NCBI GenBank assembly: GCA_043228905.1
Contig: JBHGNT010000002.1
Location: 1,736,001-1,800,000 of the forward strand
Reading direction: 5' to 3'
Length of the DNA stretch: 64,000 bases
From: Azolla caroliniana
Taxonomy: Eukaryota > Plantae > Polypodiophyta
The notes under the pieces were generated by a model that searched no databases, was not told the origin of the DNA, and worked only from the letters and a program-made list of their open reading frames with translations. Within the stretch, counting starts at the first letter, position 1. Each line of letters starts with the position of its first letter. Shown here one piece after another: positions 50,290 through 63,582 of this stretch. Made by a program: the position numbers and the translations under genes.

Positions 50290-51710
50290 ATAATTGATGT
50301 TGATGAAAATCAAGGACATGGCAAGCCAAAATTTGGTGCCGGTTAGCGATAAGGCAAGACGGTTGTTGTGGATGTAAGAAGCAATTTTCTTATGAGCGAT
50401 AAGGAAGAGTGTAGATGGTGTGGGGGTTAATGAAGCATGTTATCATGAGTTGGTGAGGGATTTTTTTTACATTAATTTGTTTGTGGTCTATATGGCAGGA
50501 TGCTTGATGGAAGGAAATCAAGGACATGTCAAGACAAAATTTGGTGCCAATTAGCAAGAAGGCGAGATGGTTGTCGTGGATGATGCTTGATGGAATTTGG
50601 TGTCATGGGATGGAGTGAAGAAGAGTTTAGGTTTCATATTAGGGAGTGCAACAAACACGATAATCTTCTAGTTATTGTCATGTAGTTATTATCTTATAGA
50701 GCTTATTGATGACGAGAGGATGAGTGGCGAGGGGGTGGGGGTGGGGGTTGAAGCAAATATATGAGGGGATGAGGAAACTTTATATTTTATATTTGTAGTC
50801 ATGGAAGTTTTTATAGTTGGTAAGGATGAATGATGGTGTTGACAGGGGATTGAAGCGCATGTTTAGGAGGGGATACACACAATACATTTATGCTATTGTT
50901 GTTTATACAGGTTTTAGGAGCTGAACGAATAGATGGGTGACGTAGAAATGAAGCACATTGTTGATGTGCAAAATGAAGAGATTAGGAGGAGTATCACGAC
51001 AGGTTCAAAATGGTATAAATTGAGATAGGTGATGTGGTATTGAAGCAATTTGTCTAGTTTTTATAGATGTGAGAATGGTGGTGGTAGGGGCTGAAGCAAG
51101 GTTTGATGTGGGGGCATGTTTTAATTTCATGGTGATGATTGATGATGGCAGTTAGAATTGAAGCATGTGTCCCGTTTTGTTGTTGTTTGTTTGACAGGAC
51201 CTTGATGGTAATTGGTTAATAGGTGAGATGTTGGATGGGACTAAATGAAGCAGTTTTTTCTGTGATAAGGATGAGTGAAGACGGTGGGGGGGTCGAAGCC
51301 GATTATGATGAGTGGGTGAGGAAACTTGTAAATTGTTTTTGTGTTGTTAATACAGATTTTGCGTGGACAGTGGCAAGATGCTACTCGACGAGTTGGCTAA
51401 TGTGGACTGAAGGAAGAATTTTTATGAGATAAGGATGAGTGAAGATGGTGGTGGGGTCGAAGTTGAATAGCACGAGTGGGTGAGGAAATTTTTATACTGA
51501 GTTTTATTGATTATGCAGGATTTTAGTGAACTTTGGCAAGATGCTGCAACATGCTAATCGCCGAGATGGCTGAAGTGGGCTGTATGAAGCATTTTTCTTG
51601 TTATGAGGATGAATGAAGATGGTGGTGGCGTCGAAGCATACTATAGAGAGTGGGTGAGGAAAACTTTAGATTAACTGCTTGTGTTAATACAAAATGTTTA
51701 TGGACAGTGC
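50290..51710. repeat. Degenerate G/T-rich tandem repeat array
   Basis: Recurrent gataaggatgagtgaaga(c/t)ggtgg..gtcgaagc...gagtgggtgaggaaa motifs with ~190-bp spacing in the best-preserved part. Confidence 0.55.
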
Positions 51711-53109
51711 CAACTTATCAAACAATTATGTGGGTTAAAAAAAGACAAAGGCTTTACATGCTTATAACACTAGACAATGGAAGTATGCAAGCAACTATCT
51801 TTAAACCAGGGGGACATATAGTTTGCATTCAGTATGGAGGCCTTGACAATCTTCTCGAGGCATCAAACAAAGAGAAAAACAGAGGGTATTGGGATCTTGA
51901 ATGGAACATCCCTTGAGGACTCTTGAAAGAAGATGGCTATTTACAGCCTGCAACATGTTATGGAGATTGAAGGTTCTTGATTGCATAACAAAAGGGTATA
52001 GATTGCATTTTACCTCATTTGGTAAACCTTTGTGGAAGCTTTTTATAGAACAATTTTTAGATTGATTGTTTACTTTATTCTATGGTGGAGTCAAAACTTT
52101 TCATCAAAACTTTTGTTTTTTCATCTAGCAACTTATAAAGATGTTTTGGGGAAATTTTTGTATGTTGTTATGACTTTTCTAAATACTAATGGAAGTATAC
52201 TTTCTTTTGAAAAAAAAAAAAGTAGCACAATATGCATCTTATAGGTGCAACTTGGAGCATTTGTGTGAGGTTGGTCCATGTGATAGTCAACGTTAGGAAG
52301 CATTTTTGGATTGTTGTGAAAGTTTTGCATCTTATTCTAAAACGCTTCACATCCTCTATGATTAGGGTAGACTTGTTTATATGCGATTTGCAATAGTGAG
52401 TTCCTTCAAGCATCATTTTCAATTTCAAAATCACGATGATAGATGTGGAGGATTATGATTGCTCTTTGCAATAATGCCATCAAGGTGATAAGATGCAATT
52501 GGGCCAACGACATCATTTCTCATAAGTGTCCCAACAAGATGGGTTCATGCAAGCTTAGTAGTTTTACAAATTTGTTACGTGAGTTGGTGTCCTTATTCCA
52601 TATAATGGTGGATGTGTCAATAGGTGACGATTTGATGTTATTAAGGGAGTAGGAAGTGGGCATGATCGTGGAACTTTGCTGATTTAAAAAATGATATATA
52701 TTTCTAGCTTTTGAAAATACGAGGTTATATTGATAGTATTGTAAAAACCATGTTTTTGATAACTTTCCTAAAATTGTCTTTTTGAGTAGTAATTATGAGC
52801 CTAACAATAAATGAAGGTAACAATCAAATGCGTATAATGGTAAGATTAATTATACTTATACTATGATTTGATTCAATCAAATTAACACTCATACTAAGAT
52901 TAATTATACTTTGATTAAACCATACTCTTATAAAGTACATTAGTAATCTCCCAAATGATCCATAATGGTTATTGGTTTACAAGATTATCTCAAGTAAACT
53001 CTAAGATTCAAATATATAAATTATTGTGTTGCATTGGGCATTAAGGTTGTGCACTCCAAGTATCAAGGAATGGGTTTATTATTGCATTTGTTATTTAAAA
53101 CCATTCACC

Positions 53110-53392
53110 ATTTCAATTTTGGAACATGCATGCTCTCCTAGATAGTTGGCTTTACAACAATGACATTGTTTTGTTGCATTTGTCATTTAAAACTCTTCAC
53201 AAATTCAATTTTGGAACATGCATGTTATCCTAGATAGTTGGGTTTACAATAATAACATTGTTTTGTTGCATTTGTCATGTAATACTCTTCACAAATTCAA
53301 TTTTGGAACATGCATGTTATCCTAGATAGTTGGCTTTACAATAATGACATTGTTTTGTTGCATTTGTCATCTAATACTCTTCACAAATTCAA
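53110..53392. repeat. Tandem repeat with a 91-92 bp unit, 3 copies (a partial copy resumes at 54301-54368)
   Basis: ttcaattttggaacatgcatg...actcttcacaaa recurs at 53113, 53204, 53296 and 54313. Confidence 0.9.
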
Positions 53393-54300
53393 GCAGGAGA
53401 ATGGAGGGAATGTAGAACCAGGTTGGAAGCTTATTTGCTCAGGAGATACAAGACGTTGTGAAGCAATGGTTGAAGCTTCGATTGTACCTTCGATTGTACC
53501 TACGATTTTAATACATGACGCAACTTTTGATGATAGCATGCATGTTGGAGCGATCATGAAAAATCATAGTACGACAAAAGAAGCAATACAAGTTGCAAAA
53601 TCTTCTAGAGTGTATCAAGTGATTCTCACACATTTCAGTCAATGTAACCCAAAAATTCCTATTTTCAGTGACAACTATACAAGCCATGCTTGCATTGCAT
53701 TCGATATGATGAATGTAAACTTGATGGATTTGCCATTAGTACCAAGGTTAATACACTTTTCAAAGATGAAATGTTACTGGATGATGATATAGAAATGATA
53801 GCTTGAAATAAAAGCAACTTGGGCTTGAATAGAATAGAAGGATATTAAAATGATCCAAGAAAAGGCGTTCATATGACCAGATTGAATGATTCCTTTAGAA
53901 GAAGACTTGCAAATTCTTTTATAATGAAGGCAAGTTGAAGGTCTCCATTTATCGCACATGATTCGAGGAGATGTGGTACAATGGCTTGCCACGTTATTGG
54001 GATATATTGAATAGGATAAGAATGGGGATGCAATACAACTCTATCCTTGAATGCCGGTGCAAGGTCTCTAATTATTATGATGACATTTTCTGGTATGTTG
54101 AAAGTAGGTGGCAACATAGGAGAATGGGTAGTCATACTAAAATCAAATTAGATGTTGACTTGGATCTTAGTTAAATGAAGGATCCATGGCTAGCCATTGG
54201 GATAGTCCTTTTTTCTCTTCTTTTCCATCTATTTTGTAGTTTGTACCTGATAGGTTTTTTGAAAACTAATGGAAGGATATTTTGTTTTGGAAAAAAAAAA
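53393..54300 (+). pseudogene. Chimeric retrocopy: C-terminal tRNase Z (ELAC2/TRZ long form) fragment + LINE 3' end + poly(A)
   Basis: PGWKLICSGDTR, LIHDATF, NHSTTKEA, ILTHFSQ and IAFDMM are degenerate versions of the tRNase Z motifs SGDT, HEAT, HST and THFSQRY. A LINE-like tail and A10 follow. ACTCTTCACAAATTCAA is duplicated at 53376-53392 and 54301-54317. Confidence 0.85.
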
Positions 54301-54399
54301 ACTCTTCACAAATTCAATTTTGGAACATGCATGATCTCTTAAATAGTTCGCTTTACAATAATGACATATGTTTGGCCAATAGACAACATATTTCTAGAG

Positions 54400-56300
54400 T
54401 AACACTCCCCCTAATTTAATAAGTTGAGCAAACCTAAAAAGGGAAGAACAATATTTTTTCATAACACAAAGATGAAAATTATAAAGTTGCCCTTTGAAAG
54501 GCATGCTAAAAACACTTACTTTGAGGGAAATTTACATGGCAAACAACTAGAACACTTACTTTACAAGCAATTTACATGTGATGTTCTTATTATAGGCATT
54601 CCAAGTTGTTTTCTTTCGCACAATGTTGGTTGTTCTAGATTTTTTTGATTACCCATTTGTAGAAATTTATTTAATCCAAGAATAATCATGAAAAGGAATC
54701 AATTCTAGTTCACAATGAGACTGATCCATGTTCTTTTCGTGTTTGTAGCCAAACTAGTGCTCGGGGTGCATTTTGCGTTACAATCCACAAACATCAATTT
54801 AAGTTTAATTGTATTCTTGAATATTGATTTTGTTACGTGCATTCATCACACGCATGCATAAGAATAGTACATGTATAATAAAAAATTGAATGTTAATAAA
54901 CTCTTACTTTTGGACATTTGGTTTTCTTATGAGAAGGAAGATTTAAAGGATCACTTCCTGTTTCCAACGGACTAATACAATTCAATTATAAACGTTTACT
55001 TGTATTATGTATATATCACAAATTTCCTTTTTACATCAAACCAATAATATGCAAAAATATAATAATCGTCCATCCACTAACTTGCAACATGTTTATGTCG
55101 TCTCAATCTCTTTCCATCTCCCCAAACTTAAATCAATAAGTGTGGTAACATGGATTAATCCTAGATCCACACCAAAAGGAAAATTATTCTTGTATCAAGA
55201 GAGAGCATTAAAAGAAGGCAAAATGTAACTTTTTAGACAACCACCAAAACATCAAGCAACAAGCCATATCACCTAAGATCCCATGAAATTCAATAACAAG
55301 ATTTTTTGAATTTCAGAAATGCAAAGAGGCTTAGATATATAGCTTAACGAACGTCTTGCCATGTTCATCACCTTTTGTTCCATGAAGATAATAGATCAAT
55401 TAATAAAACACTGAAATGGCTAGAGATGGACAATCCATCCAACCAATTACCTTCGCACACAATAGCAAATCAACCATCACAAAAGGATGTTTTATTCTCA
55501 TCCCATAATACTACAAATATCTCGGATGTGGCAATGAGCTTCATTGGAAAGAAGATACAAACACATCGTCAAAACATTCAATGGAAATGAGATACAAGTG
55601 TATGTGATGAAGCCAACATGTTAGGGAACCCATAAGGAAACCTCAAGATGTAACCAATGATCAATCACCAACCCCACATCATTCTTTGAAATATGAGTAA
55701 TCTCTGTTCTATGTTCGTTGAGACATAATCTTGGAATTTGAGGATGGATCATGGGGTGGCTTGTTTCAAGTTTGAAACTTGCAATGTCGTGTGATTGGCT
55801 AGAGATGGTGGATGACCAATTCTTATGTTAAGTTGGTAGTTAAATCTTAGTAGGTCAAATGGTGACATACTTACATGAATCTCTCTCTGGCACATTCTCA
55901 CAATTGGCATCAATAACTCCCTACCTTTGGAATACCCTTGTTACATGTATGTAGAACATATAAACATTCTCTCTTTACACAATATGTAATTGTGCCATTT
56001 GCTTAGAAGTTTGGCACTATCTTCTCACTTTGCCACTCATTGGCCTTCTCCCATTAGGATTATTCCAAAGGGTTTTCTAATCCCCCCAAGTAGCCCCAAA
56101 ACCTCAAGGTGTTGATGAAGTCCATGAACTTTTTAATATTCTTGTTTAGACATGCCTCATATTTTGATATCCTGTAAGGGAATCATCCAAAGTCACCACT
56201 CATTGTTGGGTTGAGTGCACACCCAACATGGTAATAAGATTGAAATATGAATAGTGATAGATGAAGAAAGGTATTCTGAGAAGATTAACACTAATGACAA
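54400..56300 (-). mobile_element. Highly degenerate Copia remnant (RT/RNase H and PPT)
   Basis: Minus-strand PPT-LTR junction AGGGGGAG-TGTTA near 54400-54412, plus faint remnants resembling LKQAP and LATN..KRT motifs. Boundaries uncertain. Confidence 0.35.
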
Positions 56301-58245
56301 CAAGATTACAGAAAACATGTACAATTATATTATTGGACAAGGGTAAAAGTAAACTATACAAGACCGAAGATTGTGTGGGATATTAGGAGATTAAAAGAGA
56401 CTCTTGCATGCATTCATCCATCCTCTATCTCATGATAATGGCCTCTTGAAGACAAAAATGGATTGTGATCATGATCATCATCTCTTTGAATTAGAGATGG
56501 AACCGCACCGCAATCTGTGACAATATGAATGGTCATTGCTCCTCAATGCGACCAAAGAACCAAAATCATGAATCATCCAAACAATTTAAATTAGTAATAA
56601 TGTTTGGTTATTCATTTAAAAAAAAAAAATCACTATATTAAAATTCTACATGTGCTTTCAAATGTTTGTTTGTCTTTGTGGGTCATTTTGGCCCCATGCT
56701 CCATAGTGATATATCATCATTCATCATACTCTTCCTTTTCTCCGTCTCTTAGTCATGATTCTCATAGAGATAACATTACATCATATTTTCTAAAGAGAAA
56801 GCACCCCTAGATGTTTTTACACCAAAAAATCTTAAGCCACACCACATCCATTCCCATTTTTGTCCCCACGTCTCGATCTTTTCTTTTCCAAGACTATATC
56901 TTTTTGTTTGATTTAACCATCTTTGTATTGGTGAGGTAGGTAGGAATGGAGGCATTGTTTTTTGAGATATTCTATTTCCATTCCTTTGTTTAAATCACGT
57001 TGCTTTCTTCCTAGATAACTTTCCATTCTCTCACAATTGTTTCTATCATCTTTCTCAATTGACTTTCCTTTTCATAAGTCACATTTTTTCATCCAATAAC
57101 CTTTCATTCATTTTACATGTCTATTTATATTTACATTTATAAGTTTCCTTCCATTTTTTGTTTTTCTTTCCATTCTTTTTCCTAGATAACCTTTCTTTGT
57201 CACTATATGATATATTCTCAAGACACTTGAAGCTAGTTACCAACTAGTGTGTTTGCTTTTCAAAGCGTTTCTAAATTCTCATGGACATTATAACCGTCAA
57301 ACAAACACCCAAGTAGTTTATGCAAGTCATATTACATGCAATTTATTCTAATACTATGTTTTGACAGGCCAAACAACCTTTCACTAATTTCTAAAAATGA
57401 CAAACAACTTTCTATAAGTTATAGATTTCATAAGAAATGAAAAACAAAAGAGAATATATAACATAGCGTCGTGCAATCTATGTCATTGTCACTTGCCAAC
57501 ACAATTGTTTTTCACTATAGATGCTTCGAGTCATAATAATACTTTATTGATGGAAAAAGAACACATTGTCAAAATCGGGTATTGGTTAGTATAATCATTG
57601 TTATCTCAACAAATCTAAGTTTTGGGCATAGGTTAGAGGAGACTCATTGTTATTTCGGCAAGTTTCCAAATCTGCCCTTATGAAATGGAGACATTGTTAT
57701 TTTGTCTCGTCTCTAATGTTCCGTGCAATCTCAAGTAAGGTGGATAAGGTTTCTGTGATGGCAAAATCGAACACTGCCAAGGAGAGTCATTGTTATATTT
57801 CTGTTGGTTCGTAGCCTGTAAGGTAAGCAAGCATTCCTCCATTGTATCAATAATAAGTTAATGATATGTCCTATCGAATTTGGACACTAGGAAGGCGGAG
57901 TTTCGATCTTCGATTCTATGAATATGATAAACTAACAAATCTGTCTCCGTTTCATTCCCAAATAGGCAACTCTTTCATTTTTAGACTCAACTGCTCTTCC
58001 ACTACCTTTTTTTATTTATATTTTTTAAGGTTTCTATGGATCTCTGTCTTCGCGTATCTAAACCTCATTTGAACGACATTTCTCTCGTCTTCTTGTGTCG
58101 TGGTAGAGCTTACCTCCTGCTCCGACGACAAGGAATCGATAAGCAATCTGTTGGCTCAAGATTCCGTGGATCCTCCATCACTATCAGATGATCTCTGTCA
58201 GATCCGATCCAATCTGCCTTTGATCAGAGGAGGAAGAAGCAAAAG

Positions 58246-61200
58246 ATGGGAGGGTCAGACTTGACTGATAGTTCTACCATTCTCGGCCTAAAGCTTTCTG
58301 AATACTCTCGTCCTTTTCAGCTTTTATTCTGCTGTTCTTGCATCCTCTCTGGCTTCGTCGTCAATGGAATCTGTGAGGTGTGCTTCTTCTTATTTCAGAT
58401 TATAAGCATGTTGTGAGGAAATTTCTCCACTGGTGAACTGTTTTTCTTTTCATGCATGAAATGATCGAAATTTGGAGAAAAATACCACAAAATCGTAGGA
58501 ATCTAGTAGAAATATATTAGGTTTTCTTTACGATGTCTGAATTTCATTTTATAGGAATTATCCTTTTGTGCTTTGATGTATCTATAACTGTTTCCAACCT
58601 TTTCATGCATAAAATAACTGTAAGTTCTGAGAACATGCCAAAAAACTTTAGGAGTTCAGCAAAAAATCGAAATAATCCTGTCCAATTTTGTTTGTTCTGT
58701 AGATATTCCCAACCACACATCTCAATAATTTTACTGGTGTTTCAGCGAAAATGACAAGATTTTCGTTTATCACTATGATTCTGTAACATTGTCATAATCT
58801 TGAAATTTGCATCATATAGAACTTTTGGATTTACTACTTGATGTTGGTGTGTACATAATTGATGTATGTAATATATGGTTTAGTCTTTTCATGTCTCCTT
58901 GACAAGGTGGCCGTGCTAATGGAAAGCATCACGCTGATCTTGAGCAGCTTGTACATTATTGCATAGCGCATACTTCTCATATCTCTCTGATAATATGGCA
59001 TTGCTAATGGAAATCATCACACTGATTTTGAGGACCTGGCATAATATATTTTGTCAATAATATATACCTGAATGTGTTTTGATTAGATGACCTTGTTAAT
59101 AGCAATCATTACATTGAAATTGAAGTTATCAATGCTATTTCTATGTCTGGCATTGTAAAAGGGAGTTCTTTGTCTTCACATGGTAGAACATGGCCTTAGC
59201 ATATAAATCGTGAACTTAACCAAATCTATGAGGAGAAAAAGTTGCTATTATTTCTGAAGTTAGAGAAATGCAGAAGTGATATGATAGCATAGTAACTTGA
59301 AGGCTAGCATATATGGTAAATGGTCGGTGAAGTTCACTTTTACCTGCTGCATGTCATAAGATAGTAGTACCACATGTTACACATATGATTATTCTGTAAC
59401 TTTTTTCTAGGTCATGGCTGTCCATGTGGACCTTCTGCAATAAACCAATCCTGTTAAAATATGTAGAGATCTCGTGCGGAAAATTGTAGGCATACTAGTT
59501 CAGCAATCGCATGGGTTGGTGGTACTTCCATCAAGTTCTCTTAAAGAATTGGTTAAGCAAAATATAAGAATTATGGTGGCAATGAATGGAATTAATTGGC
59601 CATCAGTTTACTCATTGAATCCTAACTAATCGAAGGTTAATTATCAAAAGTATGGGTATTATTACTTTTTGTATAGACTAATGATTGTGTGTTGAAACTT
59701 ATATATGGTTACGTGGAGCATTTTTCTTTTTCATTATGTTGAAAGTTCCACATGAAATTACAGTGCAGGAAATCGCAGGCTTTAGAAAAAGTAGTACCAC
59801 AATGACATTAAATTAGGCATTCATGAAGCTACTATATGTTTTGCATTCACTATTGTCTGTACTTGATATGACTTATTTCTTCTTGCAGGAGTATGTGTTC
59901 AGGCAGTTACAATTCAGGTATGTGTGGTCTTCTCCTCGTAACCCCATTCATATATTGAATGATGCAATCAAGAGTCCGCTAATCTGTGAGTGATCATAGA
60001 TTATTTTGTATTTTTTTCTTCATTTATAGTTAATGTAAGGCATTGCGTGTTGCTGGAATTTCTTTAAAGAGATGGAAATCAGATTTCAGCAGTGATGTCA
60101 TTTGTGAAATATAACTTGATATTGTTGCTTATGTCATTTGTTGGCATTAACAGCTATGCATGGTATTTCACTCTTCTGCAATGTATAGTGTATATTACAC
60201 TTGCATATGTACAAGGGGGATACAAAAAAAACGTTACTGCTCCATGGAAGACATACTTTATTCTCTCTTTTGTGTGGGTTGGAAGTGTAGGCCTCACAAA
60301 AGCTTCACTAAAATATATCAACTATCCAGCACAAATCATGTTCAAATCTTCTAAAGTGAGTATGAGTTCTCTTTGTTGGGCTTTAAATACGAATTTTGAT
60401 ATGGATGTTCTCTCTTTGAGGATATGGATGTTGCAATATGTGCATAGACGGGTAACAGCAAAGGTGACAGTATTAATAATCATTACCTTGATATAGACTA
60501 TAGAATTGGGAAGGAAAGGAACATTCTTCATTTAAATAAGTTAATATCATATGAACTTAAAGGACTATACATCAACAATGAAATGAACAAAGTTTCTGAA
60601 ACTTTATTTTTGTGAGAGTCTATAAAATATGGCATCTGTTATGCTAGAAACCAGTGTATTGTCAATTCTATATGTTTTTCAGGGCGTAGAATTGACCTCA
60701 AGAATTGATAGGATGGTTAACACTTAGTATACCTCATATATTAGCAACTCATAACTACTCAGTGAATTGATCCCAGACAAGTTCATGAGCTAGTAATACC
60801 TACTTAGCTTCCTATTGGAGATGGAGATTGGGCATAGAATTGACCTCAAGAATTGGTAGGATGGTTAACACTTAGTATACCTCATATATTAGCAACTCAT
60901 AACTACTCAGTGAATTGATCCCAGACAAGTTCATGAGCTAGTAATACTTACTTAGCCTCCTATTGGAGATGGAGATTGGGCATAGAATTGACCTCAAGTA
61001 TTGATAAGATGGTTAACACTTAATATGTCTCATAGATTAGCAACGCTTAGTTTCTTGGTGGTCTTGTAGGTAGTGGATCGTATGGGGCTTCCTGCAGAAT
61101 CTATGATATATTTACATTATGATGTCAAATTTTCAAGTTCAGATGATAATGCAGAATTCATGGCTTTCAGTGAGTTTTGATTAGATTTACGTGAATGCTT

Positions 61201-62867
61201 CTAACAAGATCTCTATACACATATGGAAGACAGAAATATGATCTGAAATACCGGAAGACAAGAGATACTTCAGTCCATAGAGTACTCATGAAAAGAAATT
61301 AAATGCAAGTGTAATAATTCAAAATGGAACAAGTCGTGGCGAACTGATATGCTATGGATATTTATGTTTGGAGTCACAATGGAGTGGATCCTCAAATAGG
61401 CAGTTCCAATCAAACTCAGCACTTGTGCAGGTTTTTCACTTTTCGGATTTACATCATAGTAAGGTAGTTATTGATGAATGGTACTAGGATACAGCCTAGT
61501 TTATGGGTTGTTTCATCCATAGATTCCAAAATCCAATGCAGTGAAAAGTTATGATTTTCTTTATTTACTTGAAATCATATCTATAATGATGATGATTTAA
61601 TGGAACAAACAAGTACCCTAGGTTAGTAATAGGGGTGAATAACAGTGTAAGTTTTCTCTAGTTTGTTTGATTTATTTTAGCTGTTATTTTGAACAGTAAA
61701 TCCATATTATCTTTCACATGCTGTGGTGTATGTAGGTCATTCCTGTGATGCTTATGGGTGCTTTCATCCCAGGTTTGCGGCGCACTTACTCAATATGTGA
61801 ATACTTAGCAGCAATCATTCTTGTAACGGGCTTAATAATATTCACTCTGGCTGATGTATCGGTTACTCCAACTTTTGATACAACTGGATTGATCATGATA
61901 ATTGGATCGTTAATATTTGATGCATTCTTGGGAAACATACAGGAGGCACTATTTGTCGCATTTCCAAATATATCTCAGGTTGAGATTGAAATATGTTCAT
62001 GTACAATATTCAGTTGTCTTTTGTTTTTTTTGTAGTTCCTAGCCTAAATACCTAATCTATGAGCTGAGAATTAAGATATGAGGCGTTATGTACAGGAAGA
62101 AGTTCTGTTCAGTACGAATCTTCTTAGTATTCCCTTGCTTTTTATACCAATGGTCGGTACACAGGAAATATGGAGTGCTTGGAAAAGTGGTTTAGAGGTA
62201 TATCTCGCTTTTTCTCTTTACATGCACACATCATCCATCCATTACACATATCTTCAGCATTGTCTTGGTTTCAACATCACCTCAGAAAGCAGTGGGAAAC
62301 AAATAAATCCACACATTGCTGAGCAGTTTATATATAATTTTGTTGCATATTTGAGTTCCTTATGTTTCCTGCGTAACTTAGAATTGTCACTCAAATAAAC
62401 CCTTTAATCATCTTGATTGCTAATATGTTTTTATCTCTGCAGTATCCTGAAGTCTATATACTAATATCTGCAGCTTCTGTGGCCACTTATATTGGGCAAT
62501 TGGCAATCCTTGCTCTCATAGCTCTTTTTGGGGCAGCCTCAGCATACATGGTACACTAAGTCATATGGTGGATTTCTGTCCTTTCAAGTAAATTCAGTTT
62601 TACCATATACGGCAATGGCCTTTCAAAAGTAAACGTTTGAACCTTCTTTCTCCTGTGCAGGTCACTTCCTTACGCAAAGCATTTACTCTATGCCTTTCAT
62701 ATTTAATTTTTACAAAGCCGTTCAAAATTGCACATTTATTTGGTATTGTGCTGATTTTCCTTGCACTAAGCTGGAAAATAGTTTGGAAACCAAAGAAGCA
62801 AGAAGGTGAGAGTCGGACTGAAACAGAACCAATCATGAATTCAAAGAGTTCACCATTATCACCTTGA
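58246..62867 (+). CDS. UDP-galactose/UDP-glucose (UTR2/UTR4-like, SLC35B/UAA family) nucleotide-sugar transporter, 340 aa, 7 coding exons
   Basis: Exons 58246-58377, 59889-59917, 60154-60355, 61736-61978, 62096-62197, 62443-62550 and 62661-62867 are GT-AG, phase-consistent and total 1023 nt. Motifs: NGICEEYV, PWKTY, NYPAQIMFKSSKVIPVM, DAFLGNIQE, LIALFGAA, RKAFTLCLSYLIFTKP. Confidence 0.92.
60685..61045. repeat. Intronic tandem duplication, unit ~149 bp, about 2.4 copies
   Basis: tagaattgacctcaag...ggagattgggca is repeated nearly identically in intron 3 of the transporter gene. Confidence 0.9.
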
Positions 62868-63354
62868 AAGTCACAAAGGTGTCATAATTATGTCTACCTC
62901 GGTGTCAATGTTTGCATAACGCAAGCTGAGGAAAACCTATAGTAACCTATATTGGATCATGTAAGCAGCGGGTTTAACGCTTGAAAGAACTTACCTGCAC
63001 GACATGTAAAAGTTTTACTAATTGTCGAAAATGTACCATGGGGTCACTCACTCAAATACCATTATATAATTGTATTTCAAATTGACAACCATATTCTAGG
63101 CAAATCACTCATTACATTTATTGTTGGTCTAAACGTGTTCATTACTTTTTGGGAGCATCATCTTAAAAATCTGCTAGGTCAGGGGCCATCGTGTAATGAG
63201 GTTATGTAAGTCATTGTATTATCAGCTTCTGTTAAACCAATCTTAAGAATACAATAATGTTAAACCAATCTTAAGAAGACAATAATGATGCCATGGTCCT
63301 CAGTTTCAAGAATATTTTAACATATGGTAGAAGCAAAGTTCTCTCTTTGGGTGC

Positions 63355-63582
63355 ATGTTTACAAACCAATGTCATGATAGATCCATGTTTATGTTCACAT
63401 CATGCTCTTGTTCACTTAATAATGTAAGTCCAAGAGATTATTATATCCATTCCATACAATGTCGGGATAGATCCATGTTTATTACAAACCAATGTCGTGA
63501 TAGATCCATGTTTATGTTCACATCATGCTCTTGTTCACTTAATAATGTAAGTCCAAGAGATTATTATATCCATTCCATACAT
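63355..63582. repeat. Local tandem duplication (~120 bp)
   Basis: acaaaccaatgtc.tgatagatccatgtttatgttcacatc...ccattccataca occurs twice, with a short third sub-copy. Confidence 0.85.

Noticed and set aside
53110-53392. Tandem repeats (also 21300-21990, 50290-51710, 60685-61045) as CRISPR-like arrays
   Set aside because: They are head-to-tail repeats without unique spacers, there are no cas genes, and the context is eukaryotic.
39785-62867. PTPLA and the nucleotide-sugar transporter as members of the polyamine cluster
   Set aside because: They have no established biochemical link to putrescine synthesis and look like ordinary housekeeping neighbours.
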